DNA of 64,000 nt from Candidatus Danuiimicrobium aquiferis (lineage in GTDB: Bacteria; Omnitrophota; Omnitrophia; Omnitrophales; Danuiimicrobiaceae), in assembly GCA_001804285.1 (NCBI GenBank), contig MHFR01000037.1, positions 19,552 to 83,551 on the forward strand. The letters are read 5' to 3'. Made by a program: the position numbers and the translations under genes. Under the pieces are notes generated by a model. It was not told the origin of the DNA and did not search any database. It was given only the letters and a program-made list of their open reading frames with translations. Within the stretch, counting starts at the first letter, position 1, and every line of letters starts with the position of its first letter. Of the stretch, positions 50,820 through 59,164 are shown in pieces.

Positions 50820-51996
50820 TATTCTTGCTTAGTTTACGGATAAACCAAAAGCCGGTCAAACTCAAAAATGCGGTGGCAAGAATAAGCCAATTCAAGCCAA
50901 TGCCTTCATAGAGCATTCCGCCTGCCGAACGGAAAATAGCCTGGCTTAGATTATAGATACTTGAAATCATGGCAAATAATGACCCTTCGACACCGGTTCC
51001 GTGTGATAACTTTGCCGCCAAGGACATGAATGGCAGCAAACTGATATAACCCAAAATACCGCCAATCACAGATAAAACACCTGCCGACACTCTGCCCCGG
51101 ATAGCAAAAACGAGAAGCACGTCAACAAAGGTAATCATAACTGCCCAATATAGCGCCGTTTGGTCTTTCATGGTTTTAAAAAACCGCGCATAAAACAAAC
51201 AGCCGATAATCGCCCCAAGCCACGTTAAACTTTGAAGGAGCCCGAGAAAAAACTCATTAAACCTGAGCTGGTCCTTCATGTAAAAAAAGAATGGCGTTCC
51301 AATCGCTACCGGCAGCGCTGAAACGGCAAAAAGCAGCATGAACCATAGAATCTTGCGTTGAAATAAATATTTGAAACTTGTAAAAACCGCCTCTGCAATT
51401 TTTTCTTTTCGCGATCGTGCATCGGAAGGCTGTTCGTGAATAAAAAATGAAACCACAAATGAAATCATGGGCAAAAACCCGGTTAATAGGAAAACGGTCC
51501 GGTATCCAACCTTCACCGTCAAATACCCACCCGTCACACCCGCGAGTAAAGCGCCTATGCTTCGGGCACCCCACGATATGCTTTGATACGTCTGGGCGGT
51601 ACTTTTATCCGAATATTCCACAACTAAACCATCCGTGATCACATCTGTGGCGGCGAGCCCTAAATTGGCAAGTGTCAACGCAAAAATCACCGTCACGTCT
51701 TGAGCTTGTCCAACCGCCAGCAAAAACCATCCGGCAGCCGAAAAAAGTGAACAAATAATTAAATACGGTTTTCTCCTCAGTCCGAAAATCGGAATCCCGT
51801 CACTGATGATTCCATAGAGGATTTTAACAAACCACGGCCATGTCGTCAGCGATGTGATCCATGCAATTTTTGAAATACTGTAACCGTTTTCACGCATGAA
51901 TAGCGGCAGTGCAATAGCGGAAAGACCGAGGGCTCCCTGGATAAAATACACGACAAAGGCAAGGCTTCCAACATTCTTATTGATACGTTCTTTCAT
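50785..51996 (-). CDS. MFS-type transporter (12 TM; folate/biopterin-transporter-like)
   Basis: 403 aa of polytopic membrane protein with an MFS-like 6+6 arrangement. Confidence 0.6.
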   Translation of the reverse strand: MKERINKNVGSLAFVVYFIQGALGLSAIALPLFMRENGYSISKIAWITSLTTWPWFVKILYGIISDGIPIFGLRRKPYLIICSLFSAAGWFLLAVGQAQDVTVIFALTLANLGLAATDVITDGLVVEYSDKSTAQTYQSISWGARSIGALLAGVTGGYLTVKVGYRTVFLLTGFLPMISFVVSFFIHEQPSDARSRKEKIAEAVFTSFKYLFQRKILWFMLLFAVSALPVAIGTPFFFYMKDQLRFNEFFLGLLQSLTWLGAIIGCLFYARFFKTMKDQTALYWAVMITFVDVLLVFAIRGRVSAGVLSVIGGILGYISLLPFMSLAAKLSHGTGVEGSLFAMISSIYNLSQAIFRSAGGMLYEGIGLNWLILATAFLSLTGFWFIRKLSKNMSPNPTFSSIL

Positions 51997-52019
51997 GTCG
52001 TGTCAAGTTAGGTAAGTTT

Positions 52020-52337
52020 TTAAGACGAGAAAAAGTCCCTGGCTGTTTGCTGACCTGTGAGTTTTTTAAAATCATCATAATCAATCCATGTGAGATCCTG
52101 CCTCGCGGCATGAAGATGCTTCACAATCCGGAACCTTTCTCCGGGATTACTTGCGAATCGCCTGCTCGTTACATACTTAAACGGCGTTTTGCACTTGGGA
52201 CATTCTTTTGCGGTTTTATAACTGATGCCAAGTTCTCTGCAATTTCCGCAATCGCCCATGAGATCGCCGGCAATGAGCAAATGTTTTTGAATGTCGTTAA
52301 GGTCCTTCTCCGCCCAAATTCGAATCCAGCATTGCAT
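52020..52337 (-). CDS. hypothetical zinc-ribbon protein
   Basis: 105 aa with CGNC...CPKC. No family recognised. Confidence 0.35.
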   Translation of the reverse strand: MQCWIRIWAEKDLNDIQKHLLIAGDLMGDCGNCRELGISYKTAKECPKCKTPFKYVTSRRFASNPGERFRIVKHLHAARQDLTWIDYDDFKKLTGQQTARDFFSS

Positions 52338-52365
52338 AACGACTCCTTAGATTAAGCACCTCTTT

Positions 52366-52971
52366 TTACTTAACAATAAACACTTCGTCCCCTGCTCTCA
52401 CCCGCTCTTTCACCTCAATGCCAACCTCTTCACCTTTTCGTCCGGTATCCACGGGAATCCGGCTGATTTGAAGAGACTGAATCTTTTGACGGAAATCCGT
52501 CGTCTCACCCTTAAACAATACAAAATCCCCGACAGAAAGCGGTTTCGCCAACTTCACCGCAGCAGCATTTACATTCGGGAAAAAATGAGTCACATCCGCA
52601 ACCTTTACCAATCGTTTTTGAATTCCAGCCGGCTTGACGGCTTTTGCCTTTTTGACACTGTGAGATTTAACTTTCGGTCGACTGTGCCGTTTCTTTTTGT
52701 TACGGACAATTTTCTTTTTCGATTTCCGTTTTGGTCTTGCTTCCGTTTTTCTTCTTTTCGGCTTACCTTTTTTTCGTTGTTTTCGCTTCGCAGGAAACCG
52801 TCCGCTTGTTTTAGACTGAATATCTTCGCCGGCCAGTAGCCGTTTAGAAAATTTGATAACTTTTTTTAGCAGTCCAAACACTGAAAGCCTATTTTTTTGT
52901 CTTTTTTTGTTTAAAAAAAGAATCCACCCATTTGACTGACCATGAAAATATTGAGTCACCGCCTTTTTCAA
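52366..52971 (-). CDS. hypothetical highly basic protein with an EF-Tu domain-2-like C-terminal beta-barrel; start uncertain
   Basis: A Lys/Arg-rich central tract is followed by ...PLSVGDFVLFKGETTDFRQKIQSLQI...GRKGEEVGIEVKERVRAGDEVFIVK, which resembles the EF-Tu/IF2 domain II pattern. The annotated N-terminus overlaps ORF 52889-53266 by 83 nt. Confidence 0.35.
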   Translation of the reverse strand: MKKAVTQYFHGQSNGWILFLNKKRQKNRLSVFGLLKKVIKFSKRLLAGEDIQSKTSGRFPAKRKQRKKGKPKRRKTEARPKRKSKKKIVRNKKKRHSRPKVKSHSVKKAKAVKPAGIQKRLVKVADVTHFFPNVNAAAVKLAKPLSVGDFVLFKGETTDFRQKIQSLQISRIPVDTGRKGEEVGIEVKERVRAGDEVFIVK

Positions 52972-53266
52972 CTGTATGAACTGTTTTATCGGTTCCCTTC
53001 CCGATCAAGTTTGATGACTTCTCGGTCACATCAGCCGTATTGTCCTCAACCACCTTCAACGTCTTTTTAATCGCTGCGCGCTTTGCGGGCGACTCGGCAA
53101 CCGCCGCTGCTGGCGTTCCTGAAAATGTCGCTTCTTTTCGGTCTTCAACTTGGCGGATCGCAATATCTGGGTTTAAGTCTTTATTTTCATTGCCGGCAAG
53201 TAAAAAAAACGGCGAGACTATCAGGATTAACAAAAATAGGCCTGCAAAATAGATGATTCGCTTCAT
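52889..53266 (-). CDS. hypothetical secreted protein (signal peptide)
   Basis: 125 aa. N-terminal MKRIIYFAGLFLLILIVSPFFLLAG signal, then a hydrophilic Ala/Lys/Glu-rich body. Confidence 0.4.
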   Translation of the reverse strand: MKRIIYFAGLFLLILIVSPFFLLAGNENKDLNPDIAIRQVEDRKEATFSGTPAAAVAESPAKRAAIKKTLKVVEDNTADVTEKSSNLIGKGTDKTVHTVEKGGDSIFSWSVKWVDSFFKQKKTKK

Positions 53267-53333
53267 AGTAACCTCGCTATTTATTCATCAGTAACAATGA
53301 CCAACACTGCGACACGGTAACACATATATTTTT

Positions 53334-53394
53334 GTCATTCCCGCGGAAGCGGGAATCTATAAACTATGGATGCCCGCTTTCGCGGGCATGACAG
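53334..53394 (-). repeat. family-B palindromic repeat copy (two hairpins)
   Basis: GTCATTCCCGCGGAAGCGGGAATC ... GATGCCCGCTTTCGCGGGCATGACA, immediately downstream of rng. Confidence 0.7.
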
Positions 53395-53413
53395 AAGTTC
53401 ATGTGCCCGAACG

Positions 53414-54913
53414 CTACTTCACAAATGTAATATTCGTATCTTCCCTGTGCATACTCGGATCGGCAAGAATATAAATCTTACTCTTCGAATTTTTTTCCAA
53501 CTCCTTGATCGACTGCTGTTCCTGATTTAAGAGCCGCTCCGCAACATCCGGATGAACATACGCATTAATCACTTTGTTGTGAGAATGATTAAGCGCTTTC
53601 TTGATTTCTTTAATCGTATGAATCGTCATCGTCGTCACTGACTTGACGCTTCCTTTTCCCGTGCAATAGGGACAAGAATCATACACGGCGCTCTCAAGTG
53701 ACGGGCGTATTCTCTGGCGCGTCATTTCCACAAGGCCAAGCTCGGACATCTGCAGAATATTCGTCTTTGCACGATCGCGCCTGACCGCATCCTTGAAAAG
53801 CCGGTAAAGATGCCTCCGGTGATCTTCTTCCTCCATATCAATAAAGTCAATAACGACAATTCCGCCCATGTCGCGCAACCGGACCTGTCTCGCAATTTCC
53901 GAAGCCGCTTCAAGATTGGTACGATAAACCGTTTCTTCCAAATCTTTGCTGCCGGTAAATTTTCCGGTGTTCACGTCGATAGCAACCAGGCCTTCTGTCT
54001 GTTCGATAATAATATGGCCCCCGGAGTGTAAATAAACTTTCTTGTGAAAAGTCCTCTCCACCTCTTTTTCAATGTGATATTTTTCATAAAGGGGAGCATC
54101 GCCCTTATACCAGTCAAATTTAACCTTCACTCCGGGAAGATAAATATTGAGAAAGCGCTTGACCTGATTATATAAATTTTTGTTATCGACAACGATTCGC
54201 TCGACTTCCTCATTATAGAAATCGCGGATAATACGCTCCACCAAATCGAGCTCGGAATGAATCAGGCACGGCGCCGTTTTATTTTGACATTCCGTTTTAA
54301 TTTTACTCCATACCCGGGTTAAATATTTAATGTCGCGCGCAAACTCCTTTTTCGTTTTCCCTTCCCCCGCCGTCCGGACAATAAAACCGATATCGCTCGG
54401 GCAACTCAATTCCTGAAAAATAGCCCGGATGCGGTCTCTCTCGGAGCGGGAATCAACACGCCTGGAAATGCCTAATTTATGATCCCCCGGCATTAAAACA
54501 AGATAACGCGCCGGAATGGCAAAGTGAGTCGTTAAACGCGGGCCTTTCGAGCGGATAGGTTCTTTGACAATCTGGACAATGACTTCCTGTCCGGGTTTTA
54601 GAAGATCTTCAATTCGCTGAAACTGCTTTCTCTCGCTTTTCTCTTCGTATTCAATATCTTCAAACGCAGAATCTAAACCAAGCGGGGACTCAAGCGCATC
54701 CGTAACATATAGGAAGCCATCCTTTTGCGTTCCCAAGTCGACAAACGCCGCCTGCATCCCGGGAATCACTGACTTCACGATTCCTTTGTAAATATTCCCA
54801 AACATTTTGTACGTGTCGGCCCGCTCGATAAAAAACTCTTCGAGCTTCCCATTTTCGAGAATCGCCACGCGTCTCTCGTTCACTTCTTCTGAAATTAAAA
54901 TATCTTTTTTCAT
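53414..54913 (-). CDS. rng: ribonuclease G/E family endoribonuclease
   Basis: A start at 54913 (MKKDILISEEVNERRVAILENGKLEEFFIER) gives about 499 aa, with an S1 domain, DNase-I-like catalytic region and a CPxCxGxG zinc link (CPYCTGKG). The ORF track's longer 55021 start is less likely. Confidence 0.85.
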   Translation of the reverse strand: MKKDILISEEVNERRVAILENGKLEEFFIERADTYKMFGNIYKGIVKSVIPGMQAAFVDLGTQKDGFLYVTDALESPLGLDSAFEDIEYEEKSERKQFQRIEDLLKPGQEVIVQIVKEPIRSKGPRLTTHFAIPARYLVLMPGDHKLGISRRVDSRSERDRIRAIFQELSCPSDIGFIVRTAGEGKTKKEFARDIKYLTRVWSKIKTECQNKTAPCLIHSELDLVERIIRDFYNEEVERIVVDNKNLYNQVKRFLNIYLPGVKVKFDWYKGDAPLYEKYHIEKEVERTFHKKVYLHSGGHIIIEQTEGLVAIDVNTGKFTGSKDLEETVYRTNLEAASEIARQVRLRDMGGIVVIDFIDMEEEDHRRHLYRLFKDAVRRDRAKTNILQMSELGLVEMTRQRIRPSLESAVYDSCPYCTGKGSVKSVTTMTIHTIKEIKKALNHSHNKVINAYVHPDVAERLLNQEQQSIKELEKNSKSKIYILADPSMHREDTNITFVK

Positions 54914-55372
54914 GATTATCAACCACTCTTTCTGTAATTCCGTGTAATTCCCCGCATCCGCCGGAGCAGTCGCAATCCTGAGATTCATCCAGCCATGGAA
55001 TTGAATCTTTACCGGAATCAATATTCAAAATGTCAAAATTGAACAGGCCTATTATCAAGGCCTGCAAAGATCGCCACGAAGTTTCACGCTTCTGTGACGT
55101 TGTGTGGCAAGAGAATAAACAATGCGGCATCGAATTCGTCAATAGAACACGAAAGATGTCTCTGGCTATGGAATGGACACTTTGAATAATTGATTGGACC
55201 TGCTCGCAAAGGCGAGTAAATACAATGCTAATAAATAGTTTAAACTTTAAAATTTTTTCACCTAAAATGCTTGCGAATCCGCTTAAATCAACGTCAATTA
55301 TGTGCGAATTCAAAAAACTAATCTTGTCAAAAACCTTCAAAATCATAAATAAAAAACCATTTTGCGTTTCTC

Positions 55373-55481
55373 TGTCATTCCCGCAATCTTCCCTCGGTAA
55401 ATCGAGGGCCGGCCCTGTATTTCCAGGGTAGGCGGGAATCTCTGAATCGTAGATGCCCGACATAAGCATTCGGGCATGACA
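55373..55481 (-). repeat. family-B repeat, expanded copy with a nested GGGCCGGCCC core
   Basis: CTGTCATTCCCGC-[CCCTCG..CGAGGGCCGGCCCTG..CAGGG]-GCGGGAAT ... GATGCCCGA..TCGGGCATGACA. It lies in the roughly 670-nt region upstream of rng. Confidence 0.7.
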
Positions 55482-55586
55482 CAATACAATCTGTCGTAAC
55501 TTATACCCATTACAAAAACCAGTCAAATTAAGTATTTTAAGATAATATCGAACTCTGACAGCTGTATTATACCATACTTTCACAAC

Positions 55587-57140
55587 TTATACGACAGCCG
55601 TTTTCCCCGGAACTTTAGGTGCTTGCAACACAACCGGTTCGCCGGCTGTATCAACAACATTCACGGTAACAAAAAACAAGGTTTCCTGTTTAGCGTTTGT
55701 GTCTCCAGACGCCTTGCGTTTTGAACGAAATGCCTTACCCAATATAGGAATATCGCCTAACACCGGAACTTTTGTGTAACTCTCAGAACCCTTATCTGTC
55801 ATCAGCCCGCCGACTGCAATCGTTTCGCCGCTTTTTATCATCACTTGCGTGTGAGCCGACTCCACGTTGAACGTTGGAAATTGATCAAACGAAGTTGACG
55901 CACTAGCCCCTGAGCTAAAAGAGACAAGACTTCCTTGTGAACTAACCTCCGGCTTTAAATCTACCAAAATCTCATCCGCATTATTAATGTGAGGAGTCAC
56001 CTCCAGCACAACGCCTGTCTCGCGATAGGAAAAACCAGAGACTTCAAAACTTCCGGATGTCTCATTACGTTCAAGTGTCGGAATCGGTACATCGACACCA
56101 ACTTTTACTTTTGCTGTTTGATGATTTAAAACAGTAATCCGCGGATTTGAAATAATTTTAGTATTAGCGCGGCTTCTTAAAAAATTGAGCGTCGCCTGAA
56201 AAGCCGTGAAATCCAAAGCACCAAATGTAAACGATGTCGTTCCTGCAGAGGCTGCCGGAATCGTAGGGAAACCGCGCAAATTATCCGAATTGGGAGTTAC
56301 AGTAGCAGCAGAAACCTCTGTACCGACGTTCGAAGCCAAAGTGGGGAAAACAGGTTTAAAGAATTCTTCGAGAAAAAAATTCTTATCATTCGCAAACGGA
56401 AATGTCGATGGCCTTTTCGACCCCGAAATAGTTGCTCCAGGTGACCACTGAATTCCCAGGTTTTCTCCTTCCTGCATTGCTGTTTTTACAATCTTCGCAT
56501 CAATATACGCTTGCGGCGTATTCTTATCTAATTTTCTAACCACCTCTGTGATTTTGGTGATATTGGTCGGAATATCCGTCACAATCAGCATATTGGTACG
56601 TGCAACCGATTTTACCCGGCCACGCTCCGACAGCACATCCTTAATCGCTTCTTCGGCTTCCTGGCACGTCGTGTAATTCAAAATAAAAGTTTCCGTGATC
56701 AATTCCTCGGTCGTCAGACTCTCTTTGGTCGTCACGCGAATAATATTGCCGTCACGCTCGTAAACATATCCATAGGTTCTTAATACAATATCAAGCGCCT
56801 TATCCCACGGAACATCTTCAAGCCGGATCGTAACGGTTCCCTGGACTTCCGGCCCGGAAACGACATTGATATTACTCTTGAGTGCAATAATACGAAGCAC
56901 GTTATTGATATCCGCATCTTTAAAATCCAAACTGACATTTCCGGAAGCTTCAGAAATTTCAACATGGTCTTCTGAAACAGCCATCTCATCAGCAACAACA
57001 TTGTACTCGGTCACTTGAGCGGGGTCTTTCGCTGTTTCTTGCTTCACTTCTGGACTTGTCTCCTGTTTTGCTTCTTGAGCAAAAGCATCGTGCGCCATAA
57101 ATATAAATATGATGCTAAGAAAAACAATTATCTTTTTCAT
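55587..57140 (-). CDS. pilQ: type IV pilus secretin PilQ
   Basis: A start at 57140 (MKKIIVFLSIIFIFMAHDAFA signal) gives about 517 aa, with an AMIN/N0-like region and a C-terminal secretin domain (...VPVLGDIPILGKAFRS...). The ORF track's 57287 start reads through a family-B repeat. Confidence 0.85.
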   Translation of the reverse strand: MKKIIVFLSIIFIFMAHDAFAQEAKQETSPEVKQETAKDPAQVTEYNVVADEMAVSEDHVEISEASGNVSLDFKDADINNVLRIIALKSNINVVSGPEVQGTVTIRLEDVPWDKALDIVLRTYGYVYERDGNIIRVTTKESLTTEELITETFILNYTTCQEAEEAIKDVLSERGRVKSVARTNMLIVTDIPTNITKITEVVRKLDKNTPQAYIDAKIVKTAMQEGENLGIQWSPGATISGSKRPSTFPFANDKNFFLEEFFKPVFPTLASNVGTEVSAATVTPNSDNLRGFPTIPAASAGTTSFTFGALDFTAFQATLNFLRSRANTKIISNPRITVLNHQTAKVKVGVDVPIPTLERNETSGSFEVSGFSYRETGVVLEVTPHINNADEILVDLKPEVSSQGSLVSFSSGASASTSFDQFPTFNVESAHTQVMIKSGETIAVGGLMTDKGSESYTKVPVLGDIPILGKAFRSKRKASGDTNAKQETLFFVTVNVVDTAGEPVVLQAPKVPGKTAVV

Positions 57141-57207
57141 TATTTTATTTCCTGTTTTACTCAAACTGACCGTTTTTTTAATAAGTGGGACATCACATCT
57201 TAATATT

Positions 57208-57255
57208 CTGTCATTCCCGCCTGAAGCTTGCGGGAATGACAGAAATTCGCAGAAC
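57208..57255 (-). repeat. family-B repeat, minimal copy
   Basis: CTGTCATTCCCGC-ctgaagctt-GCGGGAATGACAG-AAATTCGCAGAAC. The 3' tail CAGAAA.YCGCAGAAC is shared with the copy ending at 60521. Confidence 0.7.
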
Positions 57256-57264
57256 TCAATTCCT

Positions 57265-57777
57265 TTATTTAGCTTCTTTTCCGTCATTCAATACTTTTTG
57301 TCTGGTCATCTCCGCCAAACCTTCCAATCCGGAAACTTTTTTCTCCTTCTTATTTTCGGCTTTTGGCACGGGTTCTTTATTGCTTATTTTTTTCGCTTTG
57401 GTCGATTGTTTTGCAAGCATCTCTTTCAGCATTTCTTCTTCTTGATTAATCACCATCTCAAACATTTCGCCGTTGTCTTTTATAAATACGATGACATCTT
57501 TCTTAATGTCTTTAATCCGAACTCCGTCGAATTCTTCACCGATTCTGCGAGGTTCCCCGTTGATCAATGCATAGGATCCATTTTTTTTCGGATCTATAAT
57601 CACGCCCTCAATGTGAATATTGGTCATCCCCAATTTGGCTCCTTCTTTGACTGCCATTCCCGCTGGCAGAAATGGATCGCGTTTCCCTTCGCTTTGGTAA
57701 ATAAAATCCCCGGCAGATATAACCACGGGGGAAAAGCATCCAAAAATTACGAAGGAAAATAAAAATGGATAGATCAT
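57265..57777 (-). CDS. pilP: type IV pilus lipoprotein PilP-like (start ambiguous)
   Basis: A start at 57777 (MIYPFLFSFVIFGC, lipobox-like signal) gives about 170 aa. An upstream ATG at 57939 overlaps the pilO stop (ATGA), but would place a family-C hairpin inside the coding region and leave the signal peptide internal. Confidence 0.5.
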   Translation of the reverse strand: MIYPFLFSFVIFGCFSPVVISAGDFIYQSEGKRDPFLPAGMAVKEGAKLGMTNIHIEGVIIDPKKNGSYALINGEPRRIGEEFDGVRIKDIKKDVIVFIKDNGEMFEMVINQEEEMLKEMLAKQSTKAKKISNKEPVPKAENKKEKKVSGLEGLAEMTRQKVLNDGKEAK

Positions 57778-57840
57778 TTTAGACCAATACTGAGACGTGT
57801 TTTTAGTGCTTCGCTCAATAAATTCGAATCGATTTTCATC

Positions 57841-57896
57841 CCCCTCACCCTCCACGTTGAATTTACCCTCTCCCTCAGGGAGAGGGTGGGGTGAGG
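57841..57896 (-). repeat. family-C GC-rich hairpin, imperfect copy
   Basis: CCCTCACCC-tccacgttgaattt-ACCCTCTCCC-tca-GGGAGAGGGT-g-GGGTGAGGG. It shares both stem modules with 50241-50291. Confidence 0.7.
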
Positions 57897-57935
57897 GTAA
57901 TTCCGGTACTGATTTACTGAATAGCTTACTCCGTT

Positions 57936-58544
57936 TCATTTTCCCACCCGCTCAATAAGTGCCGCTAATACAAAATTAGACTGAAGGATCCCCGAACGAG
58001 CATCTTTGCCTTTCAAATAAAAATTCGGAATGATAAAACTTTTGCCGTAACGCTCCAGCCCGTTAAAAAACGATCCGATTTGGTGATAACTCCCTTCGAT
58101 GCTCAAATCGTAAGAAACGGCTGTATAGAGTTTGTCAAACGGCGCCTCCAACTTCAACTCGAGATTACTCGGCCTTGACGCCGTGATCCGGATTCCGGCT
58201 TTTTGAGCCGTCGATGAAATAATTTCAATCAACTGATCGATTTCACCCATTTTAAAGAATTTCTGCCGGACTATTTCTGCGCGTTTGCTTAAAAATTCTT
58301 TTTCTTTTTTCATTGCCGGAATTTTTGAAATTCGAACCGTTGCATCACGAACATGAGACTGCAACTCTCTCACCTCGCCGATCATTTTTTGATTCGTGAT
58401 AAAAACGGGAACAACCCCCACAAAAACAATGATCAATAAGATGGCCCCAAAAATGGAATTTTGGATCAGCATTCGCCGATCCAACTTAGCCAACCACTCG
58501 CGAACTTTTTTGATGGATATTTGTTCTTTTGCTACTTTTGCCAC
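57936..58544 (-). CDS. pilO: type IV pilus assembly protein PilO
   Basis: 202 aa with an N-terminal TM anchor, coiled coil and periplasmic domain. Overlaps the pilN end. Confidence 0.6.
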   Translation of the reverse strand: MAKVAKEQISIKKVREWLAKLDRRMLIQNSIFGAILLIIVFVGVVPVFITNQKMIGEVRELQSHVRDATVRISKIPAMKKEKEFLSKRAEIVRQKFFKMGEIDQLIEIISSTAQKAGIRITASRPSNLELKLEAPFDKLYTAVSYDLSIEGSYHQIGSFFNGLERYGKSFIIPNFYLKGKDARSGILQSNFVLAALIERVGK

Positions 58545-59164
58545 GTGGATCCCTCTTCGGAATTTACCGTAATCGCAAATTGTGTCTGATTTTCGCCGCG
58601 AACACCTTCAGCAGCGCTGCTCGTCGTCACCGAAGCCTTAAACACCTTCTTCTCTTTAGAATCAACCGGATTCGCCGACGCTGAAAGCTCTTCTGCTTTT
58701 TCTTTCAAATTATTTGCAAATTTTTGAATCTCTACGAGTTTCGAAGCCGCTTGGGAAACTTCGGAAAAACCATTCATCACCACTTGTATTTTACCGCGCT
58801 GCCCCTCGTATTTTAGATCCACCAACCGCACACTGTCCGGAATTAGCTCACTAATAAACCCGAAAATCATCCCCACTTCAATGGGCGGATCGACAACCGT
58901 ATCATAAAAATTCACTTCTTGTTTAAGCCCCATACTCAATTCACGCTGAAGCTGCTCTGCTTCTTTATTTTGAATTTTTAACCTTTCCCATTGCGTTTTC
59001 AAGCTGCGTAGTTCCTGGCTTTTATTCACAAAAACATATAAATTGATTAAAGATACCCCAATAAAAATAATGAACAAACCGATGGCAATCGGAAGAACCG
59101 GGATTTTCGTCTGCTTGACGACCCTGGGCCGTAATTCGATCGGTAATAGATTAATAAGAATCAT
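58532..59164 (-). CDS. pilN: type IV pilus assembly protein PilN
   Basis: A start at 59164 (MILINLLPIELRP... then TM) overlaps the pilM stop as ATGA. The ORF track's longer start would overlap pilM by about 110 nt. Confidence 0.65.
   Translation of the reverse strand: MILINLLPIELRPRVVKQTKIPVLPIAIGLFIIFIGVSLINLYVFVNKSQELRSLKTQWERLKIQNKEAEQLQRELSMGLKQEVNFYDTVVDPPIEVGMIFGFISELIPDSVRLVDLKYEGQRGKIQVVMNGFSEVSQAASKLVEIQKFANNLKEKAEELSASANPVDSKEKKVFKASVTTSSAAEGVRGENQTQFAITVNSEEGSTWQK

Noticed and set aside
54690-55583. 297-aa minus-strand ORF spanning the rng upstream region
   Set aside because: It overlaps the rng N-terminus out of frame and reads straight through the family-B palindromic repeat, translating repeat sequence. 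No RBS is present. It is better explained as a non-coding leader.
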